Below are positions 17,407 to 25,832 of a DNA stretch of 64,000 nt, one piece after another. Source of the DNA: Chitinophagales bacterium (GTDB lineage Bacteria > Bacteroidota > Bacteroidia > Chitinophagales > CAIODY01); the NCBI GenBank assembly GCA_947452995.1, contig CANGEV010000007.1:1143-65142 (forward strand). The letters are read 5' to 3'. Made by a program: the position numbers and the translations under genes. The notes under the pieces were generated by a model. It did not search any database. It was given only the letters and a program-made list of their open reading frames with translations, and had not been told where the DNA came from. The number at the start of each line of letters is the position of its first letter. The stretch's first letter is position 1.

Positions 17407-18942
17407 TTAAGAAAGAAACCCCTTCCAGCGTTCCAATTGCGCTTTCTTCAATACACGCGGGAATTTTATCTGTGCTCCTACACGACCCTCCTTCTCCAAA
17501 AATTCATTAAATCGCTGCACAGGCACTAGCTCTATGAAAACGTCTTTCAAGGCTGAGGTTCGCTCTGTCGCGTAGTCGTCGTTTATTTCGCAAATTTTTT
17601 CGTCAAGTATTCTTTTGATTTTCGATCTATCCAATTCATTTATCACTGCCTCATCCACTCCCAAATACCAGCGATGCGCAAAATGATCACCGTGTTCTTC
17701 CGAACAAACCGTGAATTCGTTGATGATCAAATTCATCTCGTTACTTACTTGCTCCAATCCCGTTACCATATTCTCTACACTCAAATGCTCGCCCGTTACA
17801 CTTAAAAAGTGTTTGGTCCGCCCCGTAATCACAATCTCAGCTTCTTCAACATTGGTGAAACGAACGGTATCGCCAATCAAATAACGCCATGTACCAGCGC
17901 ACGTAGAAATGACAATCGCATAGTCTATCCCTTCTTTCACTTGATCAATCAAATACGAGTAAGCATTCGGCAGGATATTTCCGTCTTCGTCAAAGTTATT
18001 CTCATTGAACGGAACGAATTCGTAAAATATTTCATTGTTCAATACCAAGTTCATCGCCTTTTGATGAGGCTTTGTCTGGTAGGCAAAAAAGCCTTCAGAA
18101 GCCAAATAACATTCCATGGTGTGAACATGTTTGCCAAACAATTTGGCAAAAGCCTTTTCATATGGCGCAAAAGCAACCCCACTGTAAATGTAAAAATCTA
18201 AGTTAGGCCACACATCATGAATGGTTTTGACGCCATTGTGTTCGATGATTTTTTCCATTAGTAATTGCATCCAAGCAGGTACACCAACTACACAACCGAT
18301 ATCCCATTTATGGGCATTCTCTACGATTTGATCTAGTTTTTCTTCCCAATTGCGTTGATCAGAAATCTTTTTGCCTGGTTTGTAATAACGTTCAAACCAA
18401 AAAGGACGATGCTTTGCATTGATGCCACTTAAATCGCCTTCGTAATAAGTGTGCTTGAAGGTAAGTTTTGTGCTACCGCCTAACAATAATGCACCCTTCC
18501 AGAAGGTATCCGGATTTAATGGATAATTCGACATGCAGGCTATCTGACGGAGTTGCGTCTTTTTGATACTGCGCAGCATGTCTTTGGTTATCGGGATGCG
18601 CTTGCTAGCGCTCTCACTAGTACCACTGCTTAAAGCAAAATATTTCACCTTTCCCGGCCAACAAATATCTTCCCCACCTTCTAAATTTTTATACCACCAC
18701 TGCTTAAATAGACTATTATAATCATGAATGGGTACATTCGCTCTAAACGCAGTGAGCGCACCATTTCGTTGCTTTAGAATTTCTTCGAAATGATAATGCT
18801 TTCCGAATTCAGTATCAGCAGCTTTTTTGAGTAATGTTCGCAACTGCTTTCTTTGCTTTGCAATAGCGCTCGTTCGCCTGCCCGTGTTAAAACGGGTGCT
18901 CAGTTGTAGTGCATTCTTAATAATGTTCCCAACAAGCTTCAT
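17407..18942 (-). CDS. GH3 (auxin-responsive promoter) family adenylating enzyme
   Basis: 511 aa. N-terminal FGKHYHFEEI...NVPIHDYNSL...YFALSSGTSESASKRIPIT is typical of bacterial GH3/PF03321 proteins. Confidence 0.8.
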   Translation of the reverse strand: MKLVGNIIKNALQLSTRFNTGRRTSAIAKQRKQLRTLLKKAADTEFGKHYHFEEILKQRNGALTAFRANVPIHDYNSLFKQWWYKNLEGGEDICWPGKVKYFALSSGTSESASKRIPITKDMLRSIKKTQLRQIACMSNYPLNPDTFWKGALLLGGSTKLTFKHTYYEGDLSGINAKHRPFWFERYYKPGKKISDQRNWEEKLDQIVENAHKWDIGCVVGVPAWMQLLMEKIIEHNGVKTIHDVWPNLDFYIYSGVAFAPYEKAFAKLFGKHVHTMECYLASEGFFAYQTKPHQKAMNLVLNNEIFYEFVPFNENNFDEDGNILPNAYSYLIDQVKEGIDYAIVISTCAGTWRYLIGDTVRFTNVEEAEIVITGRTKHFLSVTGEHLSVENMVTGLEQVSNEMNLIINEFTVCSEEHGDHFAHRWYLGVDEAVINELDRSKIKRILDEKICEINDDYATERTSALKDVFIELVPVQRFNEFLEKEGRVGAQIKFPRVLKKAQLERWKGFLS

Positions 18943-18958
18943 TTAATCCTTAGTTTAT

Positions 18959-19885
18959 TTAGTCAATTACAAAGGTTCCCCACTTCTCTTTTTCTTCATC
19001 TGACCATACCATCGGGAAGAAACATCTTTTTTGATAGCTAGGGTGAAGATATTTTTGCCAATCGCTCATACCAGTGCTAGCTGTTTTATGTCCAGCCGCC
19101 ATAAGATAAGTTTCTGCTGTCATTAAATGACTCAATGGCCATTTAATATTGAATAAATAATCCAATTTACGTAATGCGTGTTTCAATGCTTCCGGTAACT
19201 CCTTATCCTTCAACTGCGCATAAAGGTTATGTCCTTTCAAACGCTCACCATCTTTGATTAATGAGTCTAAATATTTTTCTTCGAAGAATTTCAACATTAG
19301 ACTTCTTTCGCCAGTCTTATGATTTTTGCCCGCATCTTGCCAGTAAACGTATTTTAGTTTGGTAGCTACATCGGCATCATTAGGTACATTTGGTTTCATT
19401 TCTGGTCGAATTAGATTGTCTAATTCGGTGCAGTAAAGCTCAATATATCGGAAAGAAACGGCTTGAAAGCCACTTGCCGGAGCTAATGCAAGGCGAAATT
19501 CATTGTATTGGTGATAATCCATGCCGCGTGACATTACCGCAAAAGAATTATCTAGGATGGCCGCATAGCGATTAATGCGCTCTACTTTTTCAGTTATGTC
19601 ATGTAAAGTAGCGGCTCTGCCAGATTCGGTATCAACAACCTGCTTAAGTTCGTGTGAAATTAAACCAAGTAACAACTCGCTAATTTGGTGGTATACGATG
19701 AAAATATATTCGTCAGGATAGTCTGTTTTCGGACGTTGTAACGACATAAGCGTCTCTAACTGAATATAATCCCAGTAGGTGAGGGGTTTGCTGTGATAAA
19801 GTCCTTTTAAAAATGTGCTTGGATCGTGTTGAAGCGCCTTATATTTTGCTTCAATTAGGCTTATAATATCTTGCATGTCTGACAA
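18959..19885 (-). CDS. kynA: Tryptophan 2,3-dioxygenase
   Basis: 308 aa. LTYWDYIQLETLMSLQRP...DEYIFIVYHQISEL and SGFQAVSFRYIE parallel bacterial TDO blocks (LTYGGYLRLDQLL...HDEMLFIIQHQTSELW, SGFQSLQYRYIEF). W-x-x-S-H near the C-terminus is at the heme-His position. Confidence 0.8.
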   Translation of the reverse strand: MSDMQDIISLIEAKYKALQHDPSTFLKGLYHSKPLTYWDYIQLETLMSLQRPKTDYPDEYIFIVYHQISELLLGLISHELKQVVDTESGRAATLHDITEKVERINRYAAILDNSFAVMSRGMDYHQYNEFRLALAPASGFQAVSFRYIELYCTELDNLIRPEMKPNVPNDADVATKLKYVYWQDAGKNHKTGERSLMLKFFEEKYLDSLIKDGERLKGHNLYAQLKDKELPEALKHALRKLDYLFNIKWPLSHLMTAETYLMAAGHKTASTGMSDWQKYLHPSYQKRCFFPMVWSDEEKEKWGTFVID

Positions 19886-20051
19886 TTCAGATTTAAAGAT
19901 ACGTAATTAAGATATTTTTAAGGATAAAATTTGAAGAATATCGGTGCATTTGACGCAATACACGTTTCAAACGATGAGCTAGCATATCTTCAAAAATTAG
20001 TTCTTTAATTATGCTAGAGCAACTTATGAAATTGGCTTCACTACAACGAAT

Positions 20052-20834
20052 TTACTTTACGGCAGTAATACTTATTTCATGCCCTTCGATTATGTCAAAT
20101 AATTTCGAAAAGTTATTGTATTTGAATCCTAAAACGAGATAATCAAATTCATTATAAATAGCAAATGGCGTATGGTCGACTGTTCGTTGCCCTGGGTAAC
20201 TAGAAATTTTGTTGATATTGACAGTTCCGCCAAAAGACACTAAAATTGCTTCGTCTTTAAAAGTACTTTCTACATGCGCTCGCTGAATATTTGTAATCGC
20301 ATTGCCAGCATCATCCGTATAATATACCTGACCTCGAACCAGCCCTTGCTTCTTAAATACCGTTAGAAACTCTTTTTGCTTGAGTGTATACTCCGGATAG
20401 GCAATGCTTTCCCAGTTATTGGCAGAATGGAGGGTGTTTAAAAATGTATGTAAATCCAAGTGCCAGTCCATATTCCAACGGTCATTGATCTTTTTAGCCT
20501 TATAAGCTCTACCTTGGAAAATGGCAGCAAAAATTCCGTTGTCCGGACCAATAAAATAGTGTTGTGCGAATTCGATAAAAACAAGCGGATTCGCGCTTAC
20601 AGAATAAATGTCTCCTGCAAAAAAGTGCAAGGAACCAGGAGGTAATGTTGTAAAAAGATTTTCTAGAATGTATTTTCCTTCTAATGGCTTACCAGGTTTT
20701 ATGGAATGACTAAAGTCAATAATGTTACTTTTGCTGAAATGTCGCGCAATTAATGAACGTAAAAGCCCCACTGAAATATTACGTAAACCGAAGTCTGTTG
20801 TTAAGCTAATAAATTGTGGTTGCAAAAGTGCCAA
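20052..20834 (-). CDS. SAM hydroxide adenosyltransferase / SAM-dependent halogenase family (DUF62)-like protein
   Basis: 260 aa. N-terminal ISLTTDFGLRN resembles the LTDFG signature of PF01887. TTG start. Rest of the protein is divergent. Confidence 0.55.
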   Translation of the reverse strand: MALLQPQFISLTTDFGLRNISVGLLRSLIARHFSKSNIIDFSHSIKPGKPLEGKYILENLFTTLPPGSLHFFAGDIYSVSANPLVFIEFAQHYFIGPDNGIFAAIFQGRAYKAKKINDRWNMDWHLDLHTFLNTLHSANNWESIAYPEYTLKQKEFLTVFKKQGLVRGQVYYTDDAGNAITNIQRAHVESTFKDEAILVSFGGTVNINKISSYPGQRTVDHTPFAIYNEFDYLVLGFKYNNFSKLFDIIEGHEISITAVK

Positions 20835-20856
20835 GCTAGTAGTAGATTTATAACAG

Positions 20857-20864
20857 CAAATTTA
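20857..20864 (-). promoter_or_regulatory. Candidate -7 box TAAATTTG (minus strand) for the DUF62-like gene
   Basis: Plus-strand CAAATTTA, 22 nt upstream of the start at 20834. Confidence 0.3.
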
Positions 20865-20899
20865 CGTTGTAATTTGTATTTACTTTTAAATATTTCCCA

Positions 20900-21907
20900 T
20901 TGAACGAAACGATTATCCACTTAGAAGGTATTAACCCTGTAGACTTTTATGGAATTAACAATGCAAAATTGGAGATTCTGAAGCGAAGTTACCCCGAAGT
21001 TAAAATAAGTGCTCGCGGGAGTGCTATCAAACTTTTAGGAAATAAAAAAGATAGAGAGGATCTTGAAGAAAAAATAAAGCAAATAATTCAACTACTTGAA
21101 CGATTTGGTAAAGTAAGTGACACTACTGTTGAAAATCTTTGTAATACAGGCGAAGAAGTGGTTGGTAATTTTGGAATGGTTGAAATGAATGAAGATGTGA
21201 TTGTCTATGGTGCGAATGGTCATGTAGTAAAAAGCAGAACCGAAAATCAACGAAAACTTGTTAGCGCTGCTGAAAAAAATGATATTGTTTTTGCAATTGG
21301 ACCAGCGGGTACAGGGAAAACTTATACGGCCGTTGCACTAGCAGTTAGAGCACTCAAAAACAAGTTAGTAAAAAAGATTATTCTTACTCGTCCGGCTGTG
21401 GAAGCTGGAGAAAACTTAGGGTTTCTTCCTGGGGATTTGAAAGAAAAAATTGATCCGTATTTACGTCCCTTATATGATGCGTTGGAAGATATGATTCCAA
21501 TGGATAAACTGCAATTTTACATGACGAATCGTGTGATCGAGGTAGCGCCATTAGCATTCATGCGCGGTCGTACACTCGATAATGCGTTTATTATTTTAGA
21601 TGAAGCACAAAACACTACAGAACTGCAATTGAAAATGTTGCTCACACGTATAGGGCCGAATGCAAAGTTGATTATTACAGGTGATTTGACGCAAATTGAT
21701 TTACCAAAATATCAACGCAGTGGTCTATTTAAAGCATTAGATTTGTTGAATAATATTCAAGGTATTTCAATCATTCGTTTGAATGAATCTGATGTAGTTC
21801 GTCATCGCTTGGTGAAAATGATTATCCAAGCCTACGACAAAGATCCTTCGAAAAAGACTGAAAACACTAATTCCGAAACCCCTAAAAATGAAAATAATGA
21901 AAAATAA
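20900..21907 (+). CDS. phoH: PhoH-family ATPase (PhoH/YbeZ-like)
   Basis: Walker A GPAGTGKTY, ILDEAQN, ITGDLTQIDLP. TTG start. Confidence 0.9.
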   Translation: MNETIIHLEGINPVDFYGINNAKLEILKRSYPEVKISARGSAIKLLGNKKDREDLEEKIKQIIQLLERFGKVSDTTVENLCNTGEEVVGNFGMVEMNEDVIVYGANGHVVKSRTENQRKLVSAAEKNDIVFAIGPAGTGKTYTAVALAVRALKNKLVKKIILTRPAVEAGENLGFLPGDLKEKIDPYLRPLYDALEDMIPMDKLQFYMTNRVIEVAPLAFMRGRTLDNAFIILDEAQNTTELQLKMLLTRIGPNAKLIITGDLTQIDLPKYQRSGLFKALDLLNNIQGISIIRLNESDVVRHRLVKMIIQAYDKDPSKKTENTNSETPKNENNEK

Positions 21908-22982
21908 GTATTTACTAATTGCACTTTTGGGGCTCTGTTTGACAGTGTCTTGTCAAAAGTTTTCACTAAATCCACAAAAGCAACCTTGGAGTTCGGAGTG
22001 GTTGGTGCCTGTTCTGAAAACGAGTTTCTCTCTAGAAAATTTAAAGTCATTACAGAATTCAACAGTGAGCTTTCAACTAGCACCAGTGTCTATTGGTATT
22101 CCTTCTATCGGTGTTCCTATCACCGTCCCCCCTTTCACTATTAATCACATAGGACCATTTGCTCAACCTGTGGCAGACTGGCTTCACAAAGCTAACCTTG
22201 ACTCACTGCGACTAACTGTCAAGATGCAAAATATGTTTCCAATCATTATTGATTCTTCCACACTTGTAGTTTTTCGCAATGATCCAGACACTAACAATGC
22301 GGCTAATATATTGTATTCTTCAGTAATTGGTCGTGACGTCCTTCCTAATGAAACATTTACGCTAAACGTTGATGTTTTTAACAAGTCAATTGAAGATACC
22401 TTGTATCTCTACCTTGATAATTTTACTTCACCTGGCGGATCGAATATTACCTTCAATCCACAGCCAAGTGTGATTACATCGACCATTAAAGTGATTGATG
22501 TTGCTTCAATGGAAATAAAGACGAATCACGGTTTTAAATTTGTTGATACAGTTCCTACCTCTTTTTTGTTAGGGCAGGGCTTAAATACAGGTTCTGGTCA
22601 GTCTTTGAATTTGAAAGGCTTGGATTCCATTGCAACTGGATTAGTGCATGCATTTGTTGATAATGGGATGTCTTTAAATATTGATTTGCAGGTATATGTT
22701 TTAGACGTGAATCAAGTTAAAATAGATTCTTTTTTTACAAATAGAGCAACTATCCTAGGCGGGAATAACAATGTTAGCACGGGCGATCCTACTCACATTG
22801 AAACGACTGATAACCTGATTAATTTGGACAAAACAAAGCTTGGACACTTAACGCAAGGGTCTTATTACTTATTTGATTTTGGAATGAATTCAAATGGCTA
22901 TCCTGGAACCTTTGTTAAAATGAATCGTAATGCTAAAGTGGCTTTACAATTAGTTGGGGATATTAAAATTCAAAAACATTAA
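21888..22982 (+). CDS. Hypothetical lipoprotein
   Basis: 364 aa. Signal peptide with lipobox LGLCLTVSC. Start overlaps the phoH 3' end by 20 nt (alternative ATG at 21897). Confidence 0.6.
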   Translation: MKIMKNKYLLIALLGLCLTVSCQKFSLNPQKQPWSSEWLVPVLKTSFSLENLKSLQNSTVSFQLAPVSIGIPSIGVPITVPPFTINHIGPFAQPVADWLHKANLDSLRLTVKMQNMFPIIIDSSTLVVFRNDPDTNNAANILYSSVIGRDVLPNETFTLNVDVFNKSIEDTLYLYLDNFTSPGGSNITFNPQPSVITSTIKVIDVASMEIKTNHGFKFVDTVPTSFLLGQGLNTGSGQSLNLKGLDSIATGLVHAFVDNGMSLNIDLQVYVLDVNQVKIDSFFTNRATILGGNNNVSTGDPTHIETTDNLINLDKTKLGHLTQGSYYLFDFGMNSNGYPGTFVKMNRNAKVALQLVGDIKIQKH

Positions 22983-22991
22983 ACAGTAGCT

Positions 22992-24440
22992 ATGAATAAT
23001 CAATTTTTAAAATGGATATTGCTTGGGATGAGTTTGCTAGGGTTTAATGCCAATGCACAAATCAATTGGGCAGAAATGCATAATTCCGGGGCGGGGTTAT
23101 CTGGATCGCGTTACTTACCATCCTCTTTGGGTGAAAGCTTTAATAAATTTGAAATCCAATTGTTTCGCCCATATGTAAATTTTAATAATACCACCTTTAC
23201 GATGAACGACTTTCTAAGTCTGACAGGTAAGAGTGTTTTGGGGAATGCAGAAGTGACAGAGTTGTTGAATAAATTAAAGGAATCTAACCGGATTTATGGT
23301 TCATTGGAAGTATCTCCATTTAATGTTGGTATTAATTTTCGTCGCAGAAAACATAAGGATTTGCCACCGATTTTTTCTTTAGGATTCTCGTCTAGACAGG
23401 TTACTCAATTCAATGTTTCCTTCAATAATGATTTATTTGGGATGCTATTGCAAGGTAATAAGCCATATGCAGGCAAATACATTAGTTTGACACCAGCGAT
23501 TCAGTTTTTAAATTATTCGGAATATGCGCTTTCCGGAGCCGCTAGTTTCAAAATCCCTACCACGAAATGGACAATCCGTCCTGCAGTGCGTTTACGTAGA
23601 CTGAATGGAGTCGCGAGTATTAATTTGAATGAAAATGCAATTAGTCTATATACATCACCTGACGGAAGACAGATTAAATTTGGGTTCAATTATGATGCGC
23701 AAGTTTGTTTGCCTATTGACACCGGAATTCTCAATCAAGCAATCAATGGCTTCGGAGATACAAGTTCCACTGGAGGATTAAATATTACGTCACAACAGGT
23801 TTTTCGTTCTGTTTTACAACGTTCAGGTAAGGGATTGGGCTATGATTTTGGATTGAAAATTGCTCACGGAGGGAATTTTTCTTTAGATGTAGGAGTCATC
23901 GACTTAGGGAAGATTAACTTTGAAAAAGGTTCATTTGTGGTTTCTAATCATAACGCAATCGTTTATGAAGGGTATAATGCTTCGACAACTAACGCTGGGC
24001 AAAATAGTTGGGTAGGGCAGTTGGATAGTTTTAAAAAGATGTTGTTACCTACAGTTGAATATAAGCCGTACAGCGTGGCTTTAGGTGGTAAATTGATTGC
24101 GCAAGTAAGTTACAAGTTTGGTGAATCAAAACGGAAAGAGGTGGTTTATTATAAACATAATTTTGCCTTAGCAACTTTATATGGCTTTAAATCCAATTAC
24201 CTGATTTCTTCAAAAAGTACGACCCTATCAGGTGCTTATATGTTTAATTTGAAAAATATTTGGCAAGTGGGTGCAAATGTATTGTATAATAGTAATGATC
24301 GTTTGAAATACGGCTTTTTTACCTCATTGCAATTTTCTAAGTTTAAAATTGGTATTAATTCTAATGATGTTTTGCCACTTGTTTCTGGGGCTATGGGGCA
24401 AGGCTTCGATATAGGTTTATACACAGCCTTAAGTTTCTAA
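22992..24440 (+). CDS. Putative outer-membrane beta-barrel protein of unknown family
   Basis: 482 aa. Signal peptide ending NANA-Q, alternating beta-strand-like pattern, C-terminal ...YTALSF aromatic terminus. 9 nt after the lipoprotein gene. Confidence 0.5.
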   Translation: MNNQFLKWILLGMSLLGFNANAQINWAEMHNSGAGLSGSRYLPSSLGESFNKFEIQLFRPYVNFNNTTFTMNDFLSLTGKSVLGNAEVTELLNKLKESNRIYGSLEVSPFNVGINFRRRKHKDLPPIFSLGFSSRQVTQFNVSFNNDLFGMLLQGNKPYAGKYISLTPAIQFLNYSEYALSGAASFKIPTTKWTIRPAVRLRRLNGVASINLNENAISLYTSPDGRQIKFGFNYDAQVCLPIDTGILNQAINGFGDTSSTGGLNITSQQVFRSVLQRSGKGLGYDFGLKIAHGGNFSLDVGVIDLGKINFEKGSFVVSNHNAIVYEGYNASTTNAGQNSWVGQLDSFKKMLLPTVEYKPYSVALGGKLIAQVSYKFGESKRKEVVYYKHNFALATLYGFKSNYLISSKSTTLSGAYMFNLKNIWQVGANVLYNSNDRLKYGFFTSLQFSKFKIGINSNDVLPLVSGAMGQGFDIGLYTALSF

Positions 24441-24510
24441 CTTTTAAACTTTTGTGGTTCAAATTGCGTATCTCGTAGTAATTTTGTTCAAAATAAAACC
24501 AGTTCTAACA

Positions 24511-24756
24511 ATGAAATCATTTTTAACCTATGTTGTGGTAGCGGCAGCTTTTTGTACCGTTGCTTCATGTAATCAAGGTCCTGCCCCTGTTGTTGGCGCA
24601 GAATTTGACAAAAAAGTTGACAGCACTAAACAAGCACTTATTAAAAATGCAGAAGCTGAAATCGCTAAAAAGTGCGAAGAACGTATGCATTCTGAAGTAA
24701 TGGCTAAAGCGGATTCTATCGTTAATGCTGGTAAGGCTGAAAAAACTGAAGAATAA
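24511..24756 (+). CDS. Small lipoprotein (paralogue of the next gene)
   Basis: ATG at 24511 gives MKSFLTYVVVAAAFCTVASC with a lipobox. The longer GTG-started ORF in the track adds a non-signal extension. Confidence 0.55.
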   Translation: MKSFLTYVVVAAAFCTVASCNQGPAPVVGAEFDKKVDSTKQALIKNAEAEIAKKCEERMHSEVMAKADSIVNAGKAEKTEE

Positions 24757-24782
24757 TTTATCACTCTCTAATACAATATCAA

Positions 24783-25217
24783 ATGAAAAAAATAGCTGTT
24801 TTAATAATTGGCGCTTCAATCGCCCTTGCTTCTTGTGGAGGTAATGCGGGTATGGACGAAGCTGCAATGCAACATAAAATCGATTCAACTGCGAAAGAAT
24901 TAGCAAAGTCTGATATCGAACGTTTGCAAAAATCTTGTGATGACGCTGTAATGCAAGCTGCTCAAGACTCTGCAAAAGAAATCATGGCCGCTTCTAAGCA
25001 TACTACCAAAAAGGTAACGACTAAGAAAACAACCAAGCATGAAGAGCCGGTTAAGGAAACTAAAACAAAGGCTGATCCTAAAAAGGATAAAATGAGTGGT
25101 ACACATAATACCAACGTTGAAGACAAAAAATCAAAAATGAATGGTGAAGAAACGAAGTCAAACGTTGAAGTAAAGAAAAGTAAGATGAATAAAATGAAGG
25201 CTGCTGAAAATAAGTAA
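24783..25217 (+). CDS. Small Lys-rich lipoprotein
   Basis: MKKIAVLIIGASIALASC lipobox. K-I-DST-x-x-x-L-x-K...C block shared with the upstream gene. Tail repeats KKSKMN. Confidence 0.6.
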   Translation: MKKIAVLIIGASIALASCGGNAGMDEAAMQHKIDSTAKELAKSDIERLQKSCDDAVMQAAQDSAKEIMAASKHTTKKVTTKKTTKHEEPVKETKTKADPKKDKMSGTHNTNVEDKKSKMNGEETKSNVEVKKSKMNKMKAAENK

Positions 25218-25240
25218 TACTTCGTTTCTTCTTAACACTA

Positions 25241-25275
25241 AAAAAGCCCGAATAGTTAACTATTCGGGCTTTTTG
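25241..25275. terminator. Bidirectional intrinsic terminator between convergent genes
   Basis: Perfect palindrome GCCCGAATAGTTAACTATTCGGGC flanked by AAAAA and TTTTT. Confidence 0.8.
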
Positions 25276-25290
25276 TTGGAATCAATTGGA

Positions 25291-25812
25291 TTATTTCTTA
25301 GTCCAAGTTCCTGTGATATTATCGGTAACAATTGGAGTGCTTGTTTCGTCAGTTACTTTGTAAGAAACAGTAATAGCAGAACCACTGATTGTTCCATTTC
25401 CTTCTACATAGAAACCGTCATTATCAGGTGATTGACGAGCAAAGGTAATTGTAGAACCTTCAATGGTAGCGTTAACTGTGTTTTGGAATGAATTCCACAC
25501 GTTTGAAATATATACCTTGTCAACACTGTTTGAATTAGTAGTGATATTCAAAGTATACGTAGAAGCGCCAGAAGCAGAACCATTTTCAACAGCAGAGTAA
25601 CCTGATGCATTGATGAATTTATCACGCATTGCTGTTTCGCAATTTGTGCCTTCATAACCTGTTGCACAAGAACATGTACCGCTTAAGCAAGTACCGCCAT
25701 TTTGACAAACTACATCTTTACAAGGATCCTTAACGCATGAGTTAAGATAGAACATAGCTGCTGTTGCAAACACTGCAACAAACATGAGGTGGATTGATTT
25801 GAATTTTTTCAT
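25291..25812 (-). CDS. Lipoprotein with one canonical EGF-like module followed by a Ser/Thr/Asn-rich beta-rich domain
   Basis: Lipobox LNSC. Six Cys C-x4-C-x5-C-x4-C-x-C-x8-C (nt 25639-25722). CSCATGYEGTNC fits the EGF_1 pattern C-x-C-x2-G-Y-x4-C. Confidence 0.7.
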   Translation of the reverse strand: MKKFKSIHLMFVAVFATAAMFYLNSCVKDPCKDVVCQNGGTCLSGTCSCATGYEGTNCETAMRDKFINASGYSAVENGSASGASTYTLNITTNSNSVDKVYISNVWNSFQNTVNATIEGSTITFARQSPDNDGFYVEGNGTISGSAITVSYKVTDETSTPIVTDNITGTWTKK

Positions 25813-25832
25813 GTTGATTATTGGTTTAGTGA

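Noticed and set aside
17809-18201. 130-aa plus-strand ORF
   Set aside because: It lies entirely inside, and antisense to, the GH3-family gene.
19886-20051. 166-nt intergenic region with a CTAGCAT...ATGCTAG inverted repeat, considered as an ncRNA or terminator
   Set aside because: The stem is only 7 bp with a loop of about 24 nt and no U-tract. The sequence is AT-rich without further structure, so the evidence is insufficient.
24565-24975. 136-aa and 63-aa minus-strand ORFs across the two small lipoprotein genes
   Set aside because: They are antisense to two ORFs with clear signal peptides and lipoboxes and a shared paralogous block. They have no signal or motif of their own.
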